Shown piece after piece: positions 37,070 through 49,946 of a stretch of DNA of 64,000 nt. This DNA is from Octopus sinensis (taxonomy: Eukaryota): contig NC_043026.1 of the NCBI RefSeq assembly GCF_006345805.1, positions 11,532,001 through 11,596,000 of the forward strand, written 5' to 3'. Made by a program: the position numbers and the translations under genes. The notes under the pieces were generated by a model. It made no database searches. It was not told the DNA's origin and saw nothing but the letters and a program-made list of their open reading frames with translations. Position 1 is the first letter of the stretch; the number at the start of each line of letters is the position of its first letter.

Positions 37070-38278
37070 TTGCCTAGTGACATGAATAAGGAGCAAGGGA
37101 AAACATCACACCACTGTGATATCTGTGGGAAATCATTTTCTAACAGTCGTACATTAATAACACACAAATACACTCATACAGGAGAGAAGCCGTATAATTG
37201 TGATATCTGTGGTAAATCATTCTCTCATAATCATAACTTAACTAGACACAAGCGTATTCATACAGGAGAGAAACCATATCGGTGTGATATCTGTGGTAAA
37301 TCGTTTTCTGAAAATCACCACTTAACTGAACACAAACGGAGTCATACAGGAGAGAAGCCATATCACTGTGATGTCTGTGGGAAATCATTCTCTGTAAGTC
37401 GTAAATTAACAACACACATACGTATTCATACAGGAGAAAAGCCGTATCACTGTGATATCTGTGGTAGGTCATTCTCTCAAAACGGTGAATTAACGTCACA
37501 CAGACATATTCACACTGGAGAGAAACCATATCACTGTGATGTTTGTGGTAAATCATTCACTGAAAGTTGTAAGTTAACTAAACACAAACGTATTCACACA
37601 GGAGAGAAACCATATCACTGTGATATCTGTGGTAAATCATTCACTGAATCTCATCATTTAACTGGACACAAACATATTCATACAGGAGAGAAACCATATT
37701 GTTGTGATATTTGTGGTAAATCATTCTCTGGAAGCAGTAACTTAACTAGCCACAAACATGTTCATACAGGAGAGAAACCATATCATTGTGATATCTGTGG
37801 TAAATCATTCTCTCAGAGTGGAACCTTAACTAATCACAAACGTATTCACACAGGAGAGACACCATATCACTGTGATATCTGTAGCAACTCGTTCTCTAAA
37901 AGTCGTGAATTAACTATTCACATGCGTATTCACACGGGAGAGAATCCATTTCACTGTGATATCTGTGGTAAATTTTTTTCTCGAAATCAGCACCTGACTG
38001 AACATAAACGTATTCATACAGGAGAGAAACCATATTGCTGTAATATCTGTGGGAAATCATTCTTTCGAAGTGGTGATTTAACTATTCACATCCGTATTCA
38101 CACTGGAGAGAAGCCATATCAGTGTGATATCTGTGGTAAATCGTTCTCTCAAGGTCATCACCTAACTGAACACAAACGAAGTCATACAGGTGAGAAACCG
38201 TATCATTGTGACACCTGTGGCAAATCATTCTCTGAAAGTGGTAAGTTAACCAGACACAAACGTACTCACACAGGATAA
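37070..38278 (+). CDS. ZNF-E: C2H2 zinc-finger protein, 14 fingers
   Basis: The ORF-track start is TTG; likely start is ATG 37082 (MNKEQG). Confidence 0.9.
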   Translation: MPSDMNKEQGKTSHHCDICGKSFSNSRTLITHKYTHTGEKPYNCDICGKSFSHNHNLTRHKRIHTGEKPYRCDICGKSFSENHHLTEHKRSHTGEKPYHCDVCGKSFSVSRKLTTHIRIHTGEKPYHCDICGRSFSQNGELTSHRHIHTGEKPYHCDVCGKSFTESCKLTKHKRIHTGEKPYHCDICGKSFTESHHLTGHKHIHTGEKPYCCDICGKSFSGSSNLTSHKHVHTGEKPYHCDICGKSFSQSGTLTNHKRIHTGETPYHCDICSNSFSKSRELTIHMRIHTGENPFHCDICGKFFSRNQHLTEHKRIHTGEKPYCCNICGKSFFRSGDLTIHIRIHTGEKPYQCDICGKSFSQGHHLTEHKRSHTGEKPYHCDTCGKSFSESGKLTRHKRTHTG

Positions 38279-38469
38279 TAGCGATATCACTATATAGCTG
38301 TATCTGTGGTAAATCAATCTCTAGAACAAGTCAGTTAACTATAGAGAGTTCATATATTTTCAGCAAAACATTCCGTCAAAAGATTCATTTAACAAAACAT
38401 GTACTACAGCAGGTGTATCATTGTGAACATTTAGGTTCTCAATAAATGAAGAATTTCTCTTGTATGGTA

Positions 38470-38670
38470 TTTAAACCGGCCATAAGTATTCTGCCTGTTT
38501 TATGTTCAAAATGGCCAGATCTGGTCTCTCACACCAACCCTACAATATCATTTAAAAAATTAACAGCTACCTCATCAAAATCTCAAAGCTACAAGGTAAT
38601 GCCTGATTAGTTCAAGGCAATGTGGATGAAAAAACCTTAATTTTGGTAGAATAATGTGAACAGTAAAGGG
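38470..38670. mobile_element. piggyBac-like MITE, partial
   Basis: Ends GAACAGTAAAGGG|TTAA. Confidence 0.6.
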
Positions 38671-38984
38671 TTAATTGTACTTTCTTTGCTTATATTATTC
38701 AAATTCCAGCTATTGCCTACTCTGAGTTTCTTTATTTTATTTCTGTGTGTGTGACATTAAATTATAAAGATGAACTGAACTACTGATTCTTCTACATATA
38801 GTTATATGTATATCAAGAGAATATAGATATATACACTGTGAATTTTGATGAAAAATAAATCTGTTGTCATTAAAATGTTTGAACATCTTGAGATATTTTT
38901 GTAATCAATCAAAATAGATTCTTCATTAGATGTTTGATATGCTACATGTGTCATTATTGGTGCAAATATATGGCCACACCTTTT

Positions 38985-39250
38985 TTTGTTTTGTTTGTTC
39001 CTTCTTGAGCTATGCTTGGCTCATAAGGGCCGGTTTCTTGGCGTATAGGTTCCCCACCTGGATGGGATGCCGGCCTGTCGCAGGTGAGCTGCAAGATGCA
39101 GGAGGAAAGAGTCAGAAGATGTTCGTCATAACCATCTGCCGGAGCTATGTGGAGCTTAGGTGTTTCGCTCATAAACACACACATCACCTGGTCTGAGATT
39201 CGAACCCGCGATCCCTCGACCGCGAGTCCGCTGCTCTAACCACTAGGCCA
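38985..39250 (-). mobile_element. tRNA-derived SINE
   Basis: Minus TGGCCTAGTGGTTAGAGCAGCGG...GGGTTCGAATCTC head plus a body shared with 8331. Confidence 0.7.
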
Positions 39251-39559
39251 CACCTTTGGGTACAAGCATTTATATATATAGGTCTTTGTCTATATGTTCA
39301 TGTGTGTGATTGTGCATGTGTACCTATCCATCTCCTTCACATATTCTCTCTCTCTCTTTCTCTCCCCTGCAGACACACATTCTATTTCTTCCTTTTTGTG
39401 TGCAGTGGTGAGTTTGCATGAATATATATGTATGAAACAATGTGTTTGTGTATTTATGTATAAGACATACATACTCATAAAATTTTATGCATCTGCATGA
39501 AACGCCTAAGAATCTAGGAGGATACCTCTACATTTTAGCTTGTGAAGAGACGGTATATC

Positions 39560-39830
39560 ATAATCATCGTTTAACGTCTGCTTTCCATGGTTTGACCGAG
39601 GACTGGTGAGCCAGATAGCTGCACCAGGCTCCAATCTGATCTGGCAGAGTTTCTACAGCTGGATGCCCTTCCTAACACCAACCACTCTGAGAGTGTAGTG
39701 GGTGCTTTTACGTGCCACCGGCACAAGGGCCAGTCAGGCGGTACTGGCAACGGCCATGCTCAAATGGTGTTTTTATGTGCCACCTGCACAGGAGCCAGTC
39801 TAGCGACACTGGCAACGACCTCGCTCAAAT
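39560..39830 (-). mobile_element. SINE family 3
   Basis: Reverse-complement match. Confidence 0.75.
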
Positions 39831-40194
39831 GTTGTTTTTCATGTGGAGTTGGCACATTCCTTACTCTCTTCTGTTCTAGCACGAATCACATAATATGAAC
39901 CTTTAACCATCAATGCCAACTGGCTTATTCTCCAGCCAACTACCGACCAACTTATTTTCACTAGTTATGAAACAATCACGTTTGTGAACCTTTTACTATT
40001 TCACATGCACTTTTTGCAAAAGTATAGTTATATATAAAAACTTATCTTTGACTGAATGTTATTTGTCACGCCAATGTACAACACAAAAAAGAAAAATGGA
40101 TTCATGTTGAACTCCTAACTAAAAGTCCCTCAACATTAACAAGCCGTCCTGGACCGTCAGCAGTAAAAAAAACTCCCAAAATATTACCTTAGGT

Positions 40195-40622
40195 AGTTAG
40201 TTAGTTAGTTAGTTAATTTGGCTCAAAAGCAAATAGCAAGGCCATGGAGTTAAGTACAGGGTGGTGTTCATGTAAAGAGTTCAGGCCACTTGAGGTCAAG
40301 GGAGGCTTTGAACCGAGCGGTCGTCGGCATCTTCACCATCTCGTCTGGCAGCTTGTTCCACGGATCCGCAACCCGGACGGAGAAAGCTCCTCTCCTTCGA
40401 TTGAAATGAAATCGTCGCAGGTAGAGCTTTTCGGAGTGACCCCGCAGCCGATGCTCTGGAGCAGGAGTGAAGAACAGCTCTTTCGAGAGGTTACACTTTC
40501 TGCTTATGATGTTGTGGGCGAGAATGAGATCACCACGGCGGCGGCGTTTTTCAAGAGAATAAAGGTCAAGCGTCCTCAGCCTTTCTTTGTAGGACAAATT
40601 TTTGAGACCATGAACCATGCGG
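40195..40622 (-). mobile_element. CR1/L2-like LINE 3' end with (TAAC)n tail
   Basis: MVHGLKNLSYKERLRTLDLYSLEKRRRRGDL...; paralog of 18231. Confidence 0.8.
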
Positions 40623-41170
40623 GTATGTGTTTTTCACTCTGTTTCACTACCACTGCATTTCAAAACATGATTCATCTTAATATATTACCTTCTGCCTTCC
40701 ATCCAGCATGAATGTGTGTCCAATGCAGACGTTTCTTTCATAACAGCAGTCAATAAATGTCTATGTACCAGCTTTCTGGCACGTCTGCTAACTCCAAGGA
40801 ACCTTCGTCAGACAGTTGAAGAGGAAACATTCACACCTGCTGAAGCCAAATCTCCCTGAAGGTCATTACTGGTTATTCTTGGATCCTTCATGCTATTTCT
40901 GATCAACACCTTGTCATCGTATGGTGTTGTCTTGCGCCGTCTTCCACATCTTCTTAGGCGCAGTGTTGCTTGTATACCAGTGTCTTCATTCAGCTCTCTT
41001 CACAATTGACTTTGCTACATTCATTTTTTCAGCACTCTATCTAATACTAAAACCAGCCTTTTCTCTAAGAGCTACAATATTTGCACCTTTCATGAATTTC
41101 AGGGCTAATAATGAACACACGCAGAAACACAGGAAGAACTCTGGTGTAGCACTGAAGGAAATGTTTGAGT
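40623..41170 (-). mobile_element. Decayed Tc1-like transposase N-terminal region
   Basis: GRRRKTTPYDDKVLIRNSMKDPRITSNDLQGDLASAGVNVSSSTV*RR, then a DES motif. Confidence 0.7.
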
Positions 41171-41319
41171 GAATTCACAACTGATTAGATGCTTGGTGTC
41201 GCCGTAGTGGCACCTAACAAGAAAATCTTCATTAGTCATAGATTGCGACGTATGAAAAGGTCCTACCCAGATTAATTTGCACACTACTGTGCAAATTATA
41301 TATATATATATCCATCCCA

Positions 41320-41820
41320 TAAGTTCTGTCCAAATTTTGAATAAAGAAAACAAGTGATCAAATGTTATATTTAATTGAAATTTAATCATCAATGTACTTT
41401 CCCTGATTATCTATGGCTTCCTTCCATGAGGTCGACTTTGCCTTTCATCCTTTCGGGGTCGATAAATTAAGTACCAGTTACACACTAGGGTCGATGTAAT
41501 TGACTTAATACCTTTGTCTGTCCCTGTTTGTCCCCTCTATGTTTAGCCCCTTGTAGGTAATAAAGAAATATATTTACAAGCTTTTTAATCCCTTCCATGT
41601 AAAACTGTTTTGGATTCAAAGCGAAGAACTCTGAAATGTCAGTTTTGATCACCTCCTGGCTTGCAAAAGTTATGTTCCCCAAACGATTCTGTAAACTACG
41701 AAACAAATGGTAGTCTGAAGGAGCAAGGTCGGAAGAATAATGTGGATGAAGAATTTTGTCCCAACCAAGTTCTTTGATCTTTGCAGTGTGGGGTCATGCA
41801 TTATCCTGATGAAACATCAC
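41320..41820 (-). mobile_element. Decayed mariner-like transposase C-terminus interrupted by a family 2 SINE (about 41428-41550)
   Basis: DISEFFALNPKQFYMEGIKKL motif. Confidence 0.55.
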
Positions 41821-41842
41821 TCCTTTTCGATTCACTAAATCG

Positions 41843-42030
41843 TTTAACATCTGCTTTCCATGCTAGCATGGGTTGGATGGTTTGACTGGGGTCTGGGAAG
41901 CCAGGAGGCTGCACCAGGCTGATCTGGCAGTTTCTACAGCTGGATGCCATTCCTAACACCAACCACTTCGTGAGTGTAGTGGGTGCTTTTTACGTGCCAG
42001 AGGAGGCTGGCAACGGCTTTTTATGTGCCA
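41843..42030 (-). mobile_element. SINE family 3 partial
   Basis: Reverse-complement match. Confidence 0.7.
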
Positions 42031-42929
42031 CCCTCTTCTTGTTAGGGATTCTAGTCTGTAATATTACTTTATTCAATTATACGTCTGCCCTACTCTTCCC
42101 TTTTAAATTCCTCTTTATTCATTTCTTTCTTTTTATTTATATGCCTTTTGTTTTATTGTCTCTTCCATCTCTCTTTCTCTTCCCCTCATCTTTTGTACCT
42201 AGGATACTTCCTTACTGAAGAATGTGCAATGTCTCAGTAGCAGACTTCCCAAGTTTAATGCACATTGGCTCTTTGTTCCAACTTCCTGTCCATGACAAAA
42301 TCACAGACTACAGCATACACGTAATCACAAAAATATAAATTTCACAACTTACAAAGTAAACAGTGATATCACTTAGTACAGTCTCATGAATGTCACTGCC
42401 AACTTTCACTACCCACGCAACTGTGTGCTGCCACTTGTTGGCATGTAGCAGAACTAGTCTGAGAATACTAGATACCACCTTGTAGAACTTAGTCTTTGCT
42501 CAGTAAATTCTGAGGCCCCTTGATTCCAGGTTTTGCTTCCACACCTGGAATTTCTTCTTTAATTTCATTGTAGATTCAACAACATAAAGAAGCTCCCATT
42601 GGTAATCAGTCTTAACGCTTTCATTAATATATTTTTAACCAAAATACACCCCCTATGGGTTTCAATTAAGTTCTAATATAATTGTAAATTTAGAATGATT
42701 TCATTAGGCACTTCTAAGTTTTTTATTTATTAACATATTATTGTGATTTTTGGAACACAATTTAACAAGAGGTTCTTAAACAAATCTAATCCATAATTTT
42801 TCTCTCAAGGCGACTCTAATTACAGGTGAATGCAGATAAATTAAACTAAGCATGAAATTATTTCAATTTTCTTTAAACATCAGTAAAGAAAATTAGTTAT
42901 TAGCTAATATTCAACTGGGTATAAGGTGC

Positions 42930-43110
42930 TAAGCTGGCAGAAACGTTAGCACGCCCGGTGAAATGCTTAGCAGTATTTCATCTGTCTTTATGTGTTGAGT
43001 TCAAATTCTGCTGAGGTCGACTTTGCCTTTCATCCTTTTCGGGTTGATGTATTAAGTTGTGTACTGGAGTCGATCCTATCGACTGGCCTCCTCCCTCAAA
43101 ATTTTGGGCC
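42930..43110 (+). mobile_element. Diverged SINE family 2
   Basis: GCTGGCAGAAACGTTAGCAC...GAGTTCAAAT...GGTCGACTTTGCCTTTCATCC. Confidence 0.65.
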
Positions 43111-43587
43111 TTGTGCCTGGACAGGCTGTTGAAGCGGATTTCGAATGTGCATTCTGCAAACTTTCATTATGTAGTGTGGGGTGCTTTACAAGGTACCATG
43201 ATTGAAACATTGTGTGTGGTTTGTATATACAGGGTTTCTGTCAAATTATTTCTCTATGCTGACACAGATACAATAAAAAAAAATCTAAAGAGTTAAAAGA
43301 AGTAACTCAGAGTAAGCACTAGAATGAATTTGGACAATAGTAGGAAATCAAGTTATGTTAAAAACAAAACAAAATAAATTCATCATTTATTTACACCATT
43401 ATTGACATAGTTATTGTAGTATATGAATACCTATTTATTTTGTTAAATGAATCCTTCAAAAGAATGATTTGCTAAAGATATGCTAATATAGTTTCTCCTA
43501 GTATGAATATAGCTTCTTTCTTGTATGATTTTATTTGTGTTAAGCAATCATATATTGAAAGAACAATTTACCACAGTGATGTGGTTA

Positions 43588-45015
43588 CTATCTCGTGTGA
43601 ATATATTTGTGTTTAGTCAAGCGGCTCTTTACATAGAAAGATTTGCCACAGATGTCACAATGAAATGGTTTTTCTCCAGTGTGCATGAGTTTGTGAAGAG
43701 TTACTTCACCACGTCGAAGGAATGCCTTGCCACAGATATTACAGCAATATGGTCTTTCTCCCGTATGTGTACGTTTGTGGTCAAGCAGATGTTGGTTTTG
43801 ATTGAATGATCTACCACAGATTTCACAGTGATAAGGTTTCTCCCCTGTGTGAATACGTTTGTGAACAGTTACACTGCTGCTTTCAGAGAATGACTTACCA
43901 CAAATATCACAGAAATAACGTTTCACTCCTGTGTGAACACGTTTGTGTGTCGCAAAGTTACCACTTCCAGTGAATGATTTACCGCAAACCTCACAATGAT
44001 ATGGCTTCTCTCCTGTATGAATTCGTTTGTGTTCAGTTAGGTGATATTTATCAAAATATGATTTACCACAGACATCGCAATGATATAGCTTCTCACCTGT
44101 ATGTATACGTTTGTGTTGAGTTAAGTTATGATTAAGAGAGAATGATTTACCACAGATATCGCAGAGATACGGTTTCTTTCCGGTGCAAATATTCTTGTGT
44201 GACAGAAGTTCACTATTTTCAGAGAATGATTTACCACAGATCTCACAGTGATATGGCTTCTCTTCTGTATGAATACGTTTGTGCTTAGTTAAGAAATGAT
44301 TGAAAGAAAATGAATGCCCACAAACATCACAGAGATATGGTCTCTCTCCTGTATGGATAATACGTTTGTGTTCAGTCAGGTGATGATTTTGAGAGAATGA
44401 TTTACCACAGATATCACAGTGATATGGCTTCTCTCCTGTATGACTTCGTATGTGTTTAGTTAGATGTTGATTTCGTAAGAATGATCTACCACAGATATCA
44501 CACTGATGCGGTTTTTCTCCTGAATGAATACGTTTGTGTCTAGCTAAGTAACTACTTTCAGAGAATGATTTACCACAGATATTACAATAAAATGGTTTCT
44601 CTTCTGTCTGAAAACATTTATGTTTATTTAAATAATAATTGAGAGGGTAAGATTTCCCACAAATATCACAGTGATACGGTCTCTCTCCAGTATGAATAAC
44701 ACGTTTGTGTTCTATTAGATTTTGATTTTGAGAGAATGATCTACCACAGATATCACAGTGATGTGGTTTCTCTCCTCTATGGATTATACGTTTGTGTCTT
44801 CTGAAGCTAGACTCATGAACGAATGATTTCCCACAAACATCACAGTTAAACGGCTTCTCTCCAGTATGAATGTATTTGTGTGTTACTAATGTACGATTGT
44901 CACAGAGAAATTTCCCACAGATATCACAGTGGTGTAATTTTTTCCTTTTCTCTTTATCCATGCCTCTATGCAAATCAATACTTTTCAATTGTATTTTATA
45001 TCTAAACTTATTCAC
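43588..45015 (-). CDS. ZNF-F: C2H2 zinc-finger protein, 16 finger units
   Basis: The ORF-track start is GTG; likely ATG at 44961 (MDKEK); decayed fingers continue to about 43440. Confidence 0.9.
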   Translation of the reverse strand: MNKFRYKIQLKSIDLHRGMDKEKRKKLHHCDICGKFLCDNRTLVTHKYIHTGEKPFNCDVCGKSFVHESSFRRHKRIIHRGEKPHHCDICGRSFSQNQNLIEHKRVIHTGERPYHCDICGKSYPLNYYLNKHKCFQTEEKPFYCNICGKSFSESSYLARHKRIHSGEKPHQCDICGRSFLRNQHLTKHIRSHTGEKPYHCDICGKSFSQNHHLTEHKRIIHTGERPYLCDVCGHSFSFNHFLTKHKRIHTEEKPYHCEICGKSFSENSELLSHKNICTGKKPYLCDICGKSFSLNHNLTQHKRIHTGEKLYHCDVCGKSYFDKYHLTEHKRIHTGEKPYHCEVCGKSFTGSGNFATHKRVHTGVKRYFCDICGKSFSESSSVTVHKRIHTGEKPYHCEICGRSFNQNQHLLDHKRTHTGERPYCCNICGKAFLRRGEVTLHKLMHTGEKPFHCDICGKSFYVKSRLTKHKYIHTR

Positions 45016-45544
45016 ACATCATTCAACTTCCATTGTTTATTTTCTCTCTTGACAATATAGAGATGTGTATCTTCTTTATGTTTCTATACTTCATTCCTAT
45101 TAAATATTTCTTCTATTGTGATTTTTGTCAATACATGGACTGAATTGTAAACTCCTTTTTAAATCTGTCCAAGTGTAATTCATATGCAAAGACGTCTTGT
45201 TCACATTCCAGACAATCAACAAAACAATTATTGCAATCAATCTCAGTATACAAAAAATATTTGCTTGTCGTTTGGTATAGATTTGTATAACATCTTTCTT
45301 GAGAGTTTAAGATGTAAAAAAAATTTTTTCGATGCCGATTGTTATTCTGAAATAGTAGAAAAACAACAGTATAAGATACAAGGGTTACTGAAAATACAAG
45401 AGTGGAAACTTTTGTATATTTTTTATAGAAGTAAACTGTAGAACTAAACATTAACCTGAACTGTTTCCCACTAGTTTTAAGATCTATATGATAGTGTGTT
45501 TTTATATATATATATATTTATTTACGGTGTTTATATATGTTTAT

Positions 45545-45770
45545 GGTGGCACGTAAAAAGCACCAACCGATTGTGGCCATTGCCAGCCACCCCTGGCACG
45601 CAAAAAGCACCCACTACACTCATAGAGTAGTTGGCATTAGGAAGGGCACCCAGCTGTAGAAACACTGCCAGATCAGACTGGAGCCTGGTGCAGCCTTCTG
45701 GCTTCCCAGATCAATGTCGAACCGTCCAACCCATGGAAAACGGACGTTAAACGATGATGATGATGATGAT
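45545..45770 (+). mobile_element. SINE family 3
   Basis: Family core and GAT tail. Confidence 0.75.
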
Positions 45771-45999
45771 ATTATAGGCATGAGTCTGTGGTGAAGAGGC
45801 TATGTGTGTCAGATTTAGTTCCACTGTGTGGTGCAAAAGGCAGCTGTTCCCTACATTATTAACCCTGGATGACCCAAAGCCTATGAGTGATTTTCCAGAG
45901 AGACAAGCTTGTTGTATAAATCTATATCTACATAGACACACACATATATTATATATATCTGTGTGTGTTTGGGGGTATAAATTTATATATAGATATATA

Positions 46000-46160
46000 T
46001 AAATTCTACGATGACATCCCTCATGCCGGACTTCTCTCTGATGATCTTACTACTAATGTGCTCTCTCAACGAGATTCCAAGCATTGACCTCTCCATGGCT
46101 AGGAAATATTGTAATCTCCGAAATTTAGGAATCCGCTGAAAAAAAAATGGAAAGGTCTGT
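46000..46160 (-). mobile_element. RTE-like LINE fragment
   Basis: AMERSMLGISLREHISSKIIREKSGMRDVI motif. Confidence 0.65.
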
Positions 46161-46966
46161 TTTAGGTGTGTGTGGTGGGGGTGACTGTGCGCCAGGTCCG
46201 TCGGAGAGGTGGGTGACATTTCTAAAATTTAAAATTTGATGGGAGGAGGGGTGAAATTTGAAAAAAAAGGTGTTTTTCTTGCATATTCGTAATCCCCGAT
46301 ATCTAAAATGTGGGAATCTGTAAAAAAATTTTTCATAAAAAATGCATTTTTTGAGTGGGGAGGGGCGATGTGGGGGAGGGTAAAATTTGAAAAATTTTTT
46401 TTTTGTATATTCGTCATCTCCGATATCTTAAACGTAGAAATCCGAAAAAGCTTTTTTTCAAAAATGCATTTTTCAAAGAGAGGTGCAAACTTGCATTAGC
46501 CTAGGGGGTTTGGGACATAATAGGAGGTTAGGGTACTTGATTCGACACAAAAAATCCGAGTGTTTTTTTTTTTTTTTCTTAGTGAAAATATGGAAATTCA
46601 GTCTTGATTTTTCGCCCACACATCAAATTGCAAGAATATCGTAATGTACAACATTTGAAGGGTATTTAATGAGCGTTATATCTTAAAATATCCATTTTTT
46701 CACACTTGTGTAGTTATGTGTCAATCTGTTTAATTCATTGATTTTAGACAAAAGCGGCGGAGGAAAAAAATAAAAATCTATGTCTCACAAGTAACATCAG
46801 AAGGTTTTAAATTATACACGACCAACTACTTTTTACTAAATTAACTGTATTATTATAATCTTACCTGTTACGCTACAGGAATTTGTGTTTTAAGTGAAAA
46901 AGCTCGAATTACAACAGAATATATTTCAGGACGCCATTTCAATGAAATTAATTTTCATAACAGAAA

Positions 46967-46987
46967 TTATAAAATTAGACTCGGAAA
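46967..46987 (-). promoter_or_regulatory. Conserved upstream motif of ZNF-F
   Basis: Minus TTTCCGAGTCTAATTTTATAA. Confidence 0.5.
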
Positions 46988-47260
46988 CACAAATGGCGAA
47001 ACGTACTTTATTTTTTTAAGCTCAAAGGAAAATACATAGGTATTAAATATCTGAAGCAATTGATTTGAAATACGCAAGGTATCACTGTTAAATGTATTGG
47101 AATTGTTAAAATTTTTATTCCAAATAAAAATAATAATTGAATTTTGTATATTTTCGTTTTAGTATGTTTCGTTTAACCCATTTTGTTGTTTGAAGTTGTG
47201 CTGTCAAATCTTGACCCCAGTTGAATGACACAATGGAATGACACAGCGAATTACATTTAA

Positions 47261-47471
47261 CCCTCTCGTTACTAACCCGGCTCTGGCTCTGAGTAGAAAT
47301 GTCTTATTTTCATAAGTTTTGAATTCAAATCTTCCACCAAACCTTAGTCACAATTTATGTTCCTAACACTAGCTGAATGATAACGAAGTTATTTTACTAA
47401 ATTCTTTGTTATATTTAAAATTAATTGAAAGAAACACAGAGCATCTCAACAGAAAAATGGTAACAAGAGGG
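47261..47471. mobile_element. piggyBac-like MITE (second family), with a partial second copy to about 47680
   Basis: TTAA|CCCTCTCGTTACT...GGTAACAAGAGGG|TTAA. Confidence 0.75.
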
Positions 47472-48021
47472 TTAAAATATATAATAGAGAAACAATTGGC
47501 TCTGTAGTACGGATGTCTTGTTTTCATAAGTTTGGAATTAAAATCTTCCACCAAACCTTAATCACAATTTATGTTCATAATACTAGCTAAATGATAACTA
47601 AGTTATTTTACTAAATTCTTTGGTATATTTAAAGTAATTGAAAGAAACAGTGAGCATCTCAAAATAAATACAGTAACGAAAGGACATCACACACTTGTCG
47701 TCTCCCGTCATTCATTCAAACCTGGATTGAGACACTGTGGTAATAGGAAATATGTCAACAGGGATCTGGACATCGGAGCAAGGGTCTGTCCTACTAAGGA
47801 CGTCAGACCTGGAGGTAGAAGGCGGAGCTGAGTGAACAACATTAACTCTGATGGGTGAGACTCGGGTGACGTGCAGGTGATGCAGACAGGCTGGCTGTAA
47901 CAGGAGAGGTGGGGGAAGGTTAGCGATCGAGATGGGAGCTGGATGAAGGGCGTTAAAACTGGCGGTGGGCTTCAGGGCGAGAGGGGATGGCGGCAGGCTG
48001 GTTATAAAAGGACGAGCAAGA

Positions 48022-48606
48022 TTAATACCTATTTCTTTACTATCCACAAGGGGCTAAACATAGATGGGACAAACAAGGACAGACAAACGGATTAAGTCGA
48101 TTACATCGACCCCAGTGCGTAACTGGTACTTAATTTATCGACCCCGAAAGGATGAAAGGCAAAGTCGACCTCGGCGGAATTTGAACTCAGAACGTAACGG
48201 CAGACGAAATACCTATTTCTTTACTGCCCACAAGGGGCTAAGCACAGAGGGGACAAACAAGGACAGACATAGGTATTAAGTCGATTATATCGACCCCAGT
48301 GCGTAACTGGTACTTAATTTATCGACCCCGAAAGGATGAAAGGCAAAGTCGACCTCGGCGGAATTTGAACTCACAACGTAACGGCAGACGAAATACCTAT
48401 TTCTTTACTGCCCACAAGGGGCTAAGCACAGAGGGGACAAACAAGGACAGACATAGGTATTAAGTCGATTATATCGACCCCAGTGCGTAAATCGACCCCG
48501 AAAGGATGAAAGGCAAAGTCGACCTCGGCGGAATTTGAACTCACAACGTAACGGCAGACGAAATTCGGCTACGCATTTCGCCCGGCGTGCTAACAATTCT
48601 GCCAGC
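48022..48606 (-). mobile_element. SINE family 2, head-to-tail trimer
   Basis: Junctions GACGAAATAC|CTATT at about 48212 and 48395. Confidence 0.85.
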
Positions 48607-48749
48607 AAGATTAATACCAGCCAAATCTGACGTTGGAAGAGGTGATGGAGAGATGGGGATACGAGTTAACTGCCCTAGAATGTGATGGCGTAGATGGAGA
48701 ACGAGAAGACAACGGCTGATAGGGTGTGATGAAATCGTTTAAGCATGCT

Positions 48750-49018
48750 GGCGATCTTTCGATACTAGTAACATAACTGTCACTTATAAACCACGTGGGT
48801 TTATTTACATTTCTGAAGATATATATATATATATATGTACATACATACACTGCGTGACATAGTGAGCAAGGGTCACTGGGTTGACATCTCGTGAGTGTAC
48901 CTTTAATTCAAAGGGTTACAATGCGCAGTGTATGTATGTACATATATATATATATATATATCTTCAGAAATGTAAATAAACCCACGTGGTTTATAAGAGA
49001 CAGTATCGAAAGATCGCC
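48750..49018. mobile_element. GGCGATC-type MITE, third subfamily
   Basis: GGCGATCTTTCGATAC...GTATCGAAAGATCGCC with about 100-bp inverted arms. Confidence 0.7.
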
Positions 49019-49689
49019 TGTAAACCAGCTGTGTTGCAGCATCTGCTTAGAACTGCAGATGGTCACACTGCTTTTGAGCCTCTCCTGATTTGGTATAGAG
49101 CATGAATGCTTTAACAATATTTGTGTTTACTGTATACCAAACCAAGTATCACCATCATTTATTACCAGATCAGTAAACCTGGTAATAGCTCATCATCTGA
49201 TCTCCACTTCTCGTGCACTTGTTATAATCGGGGTTCACAAACAAAGTGCCATTTTTATCTACATGTGACTCTGCACAGGTAGATAGAAAATTGATAGCCA
49301 ACAGGTTTCTTTTCTGCTGTTGGTTTATTCTGCATAACAATTAGTTTCCGCAGTGATTGCTTCAAACAAACTAAGAGGAAAAAGAAATAGAGTAATGGTT
49401 TTTGCCTTCTGGGAAAGACTATGACTAGGTGGAGTCTTCAGATAAATTTGTCAGAAAAACTGTTTTCACACTTTTGTTCCAGCCACGAAGAAAAAATCTC
49501 CAAAAATTCACAGTGGTCAGATATCACAGCAAATAATGTCAGATACTCTAACTCAATTGTTTACGGAGTGAAATCACGTTTCCATGAAAGTACTGAGATT
49601 TGCACTAAAATTCATATTTTAATATAACTAGGTTATTATAACCGTTTTGGTGCCGTTTACCGAGAAAATTTTCAGCCAGATTTGGGAAT

Positions 49690-49870
49690 TTTGCTAACAA
49701 AAACGTTAAACACCTTTCCTAATGCATCAAGAGCTAAGATGAATAAGAAGGGGCTAAGAACTGAGCCCTGGTAAACTCCTACCTGTACACCGAATTCATT
49801 GCTATACACATTACAGACTGTCATCTTACAGACAGCACCACAGTAAATGGCTTGGATGGTTCTCACCATT
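49690..49870 (-). mobile_element. Non-LTR RT fragment (RTE-like)
   Basis: SNEFGVQVGVYQGSVLSPFLFILALD. Confidence 0.65.
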
Positions 49871-49946
49871 CAATCATCCTAGCTTGTACAGCAACTGCTT
49901 GATACAAGAGAGAGGGTTGCTGTCAAGTTATTTCTTCGTGCGGATA

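Larger units (their letters stand above)
45347..46864 (-). other. Predicted 5'UTR intron of ZNF-F
   Basis: Minus CAG|GTAAG at 46865/4; TTTCAG| at 45347. Confidence 0.65.

Noticed and set aside
39185-39250. tRNA gene (also 7678-7738 and the SINE heads)
   Set aside because: A/B boxes are present but there is no complete acceptor stem or regular anticodon arm, and the sequence runs into a SINE body.
47712-48047. Pro/Ser-rich 111-aa ORF
   Set aside because: No recognisable motif and it starts inside a SINE; probably a repeat fragment I cannot classify.
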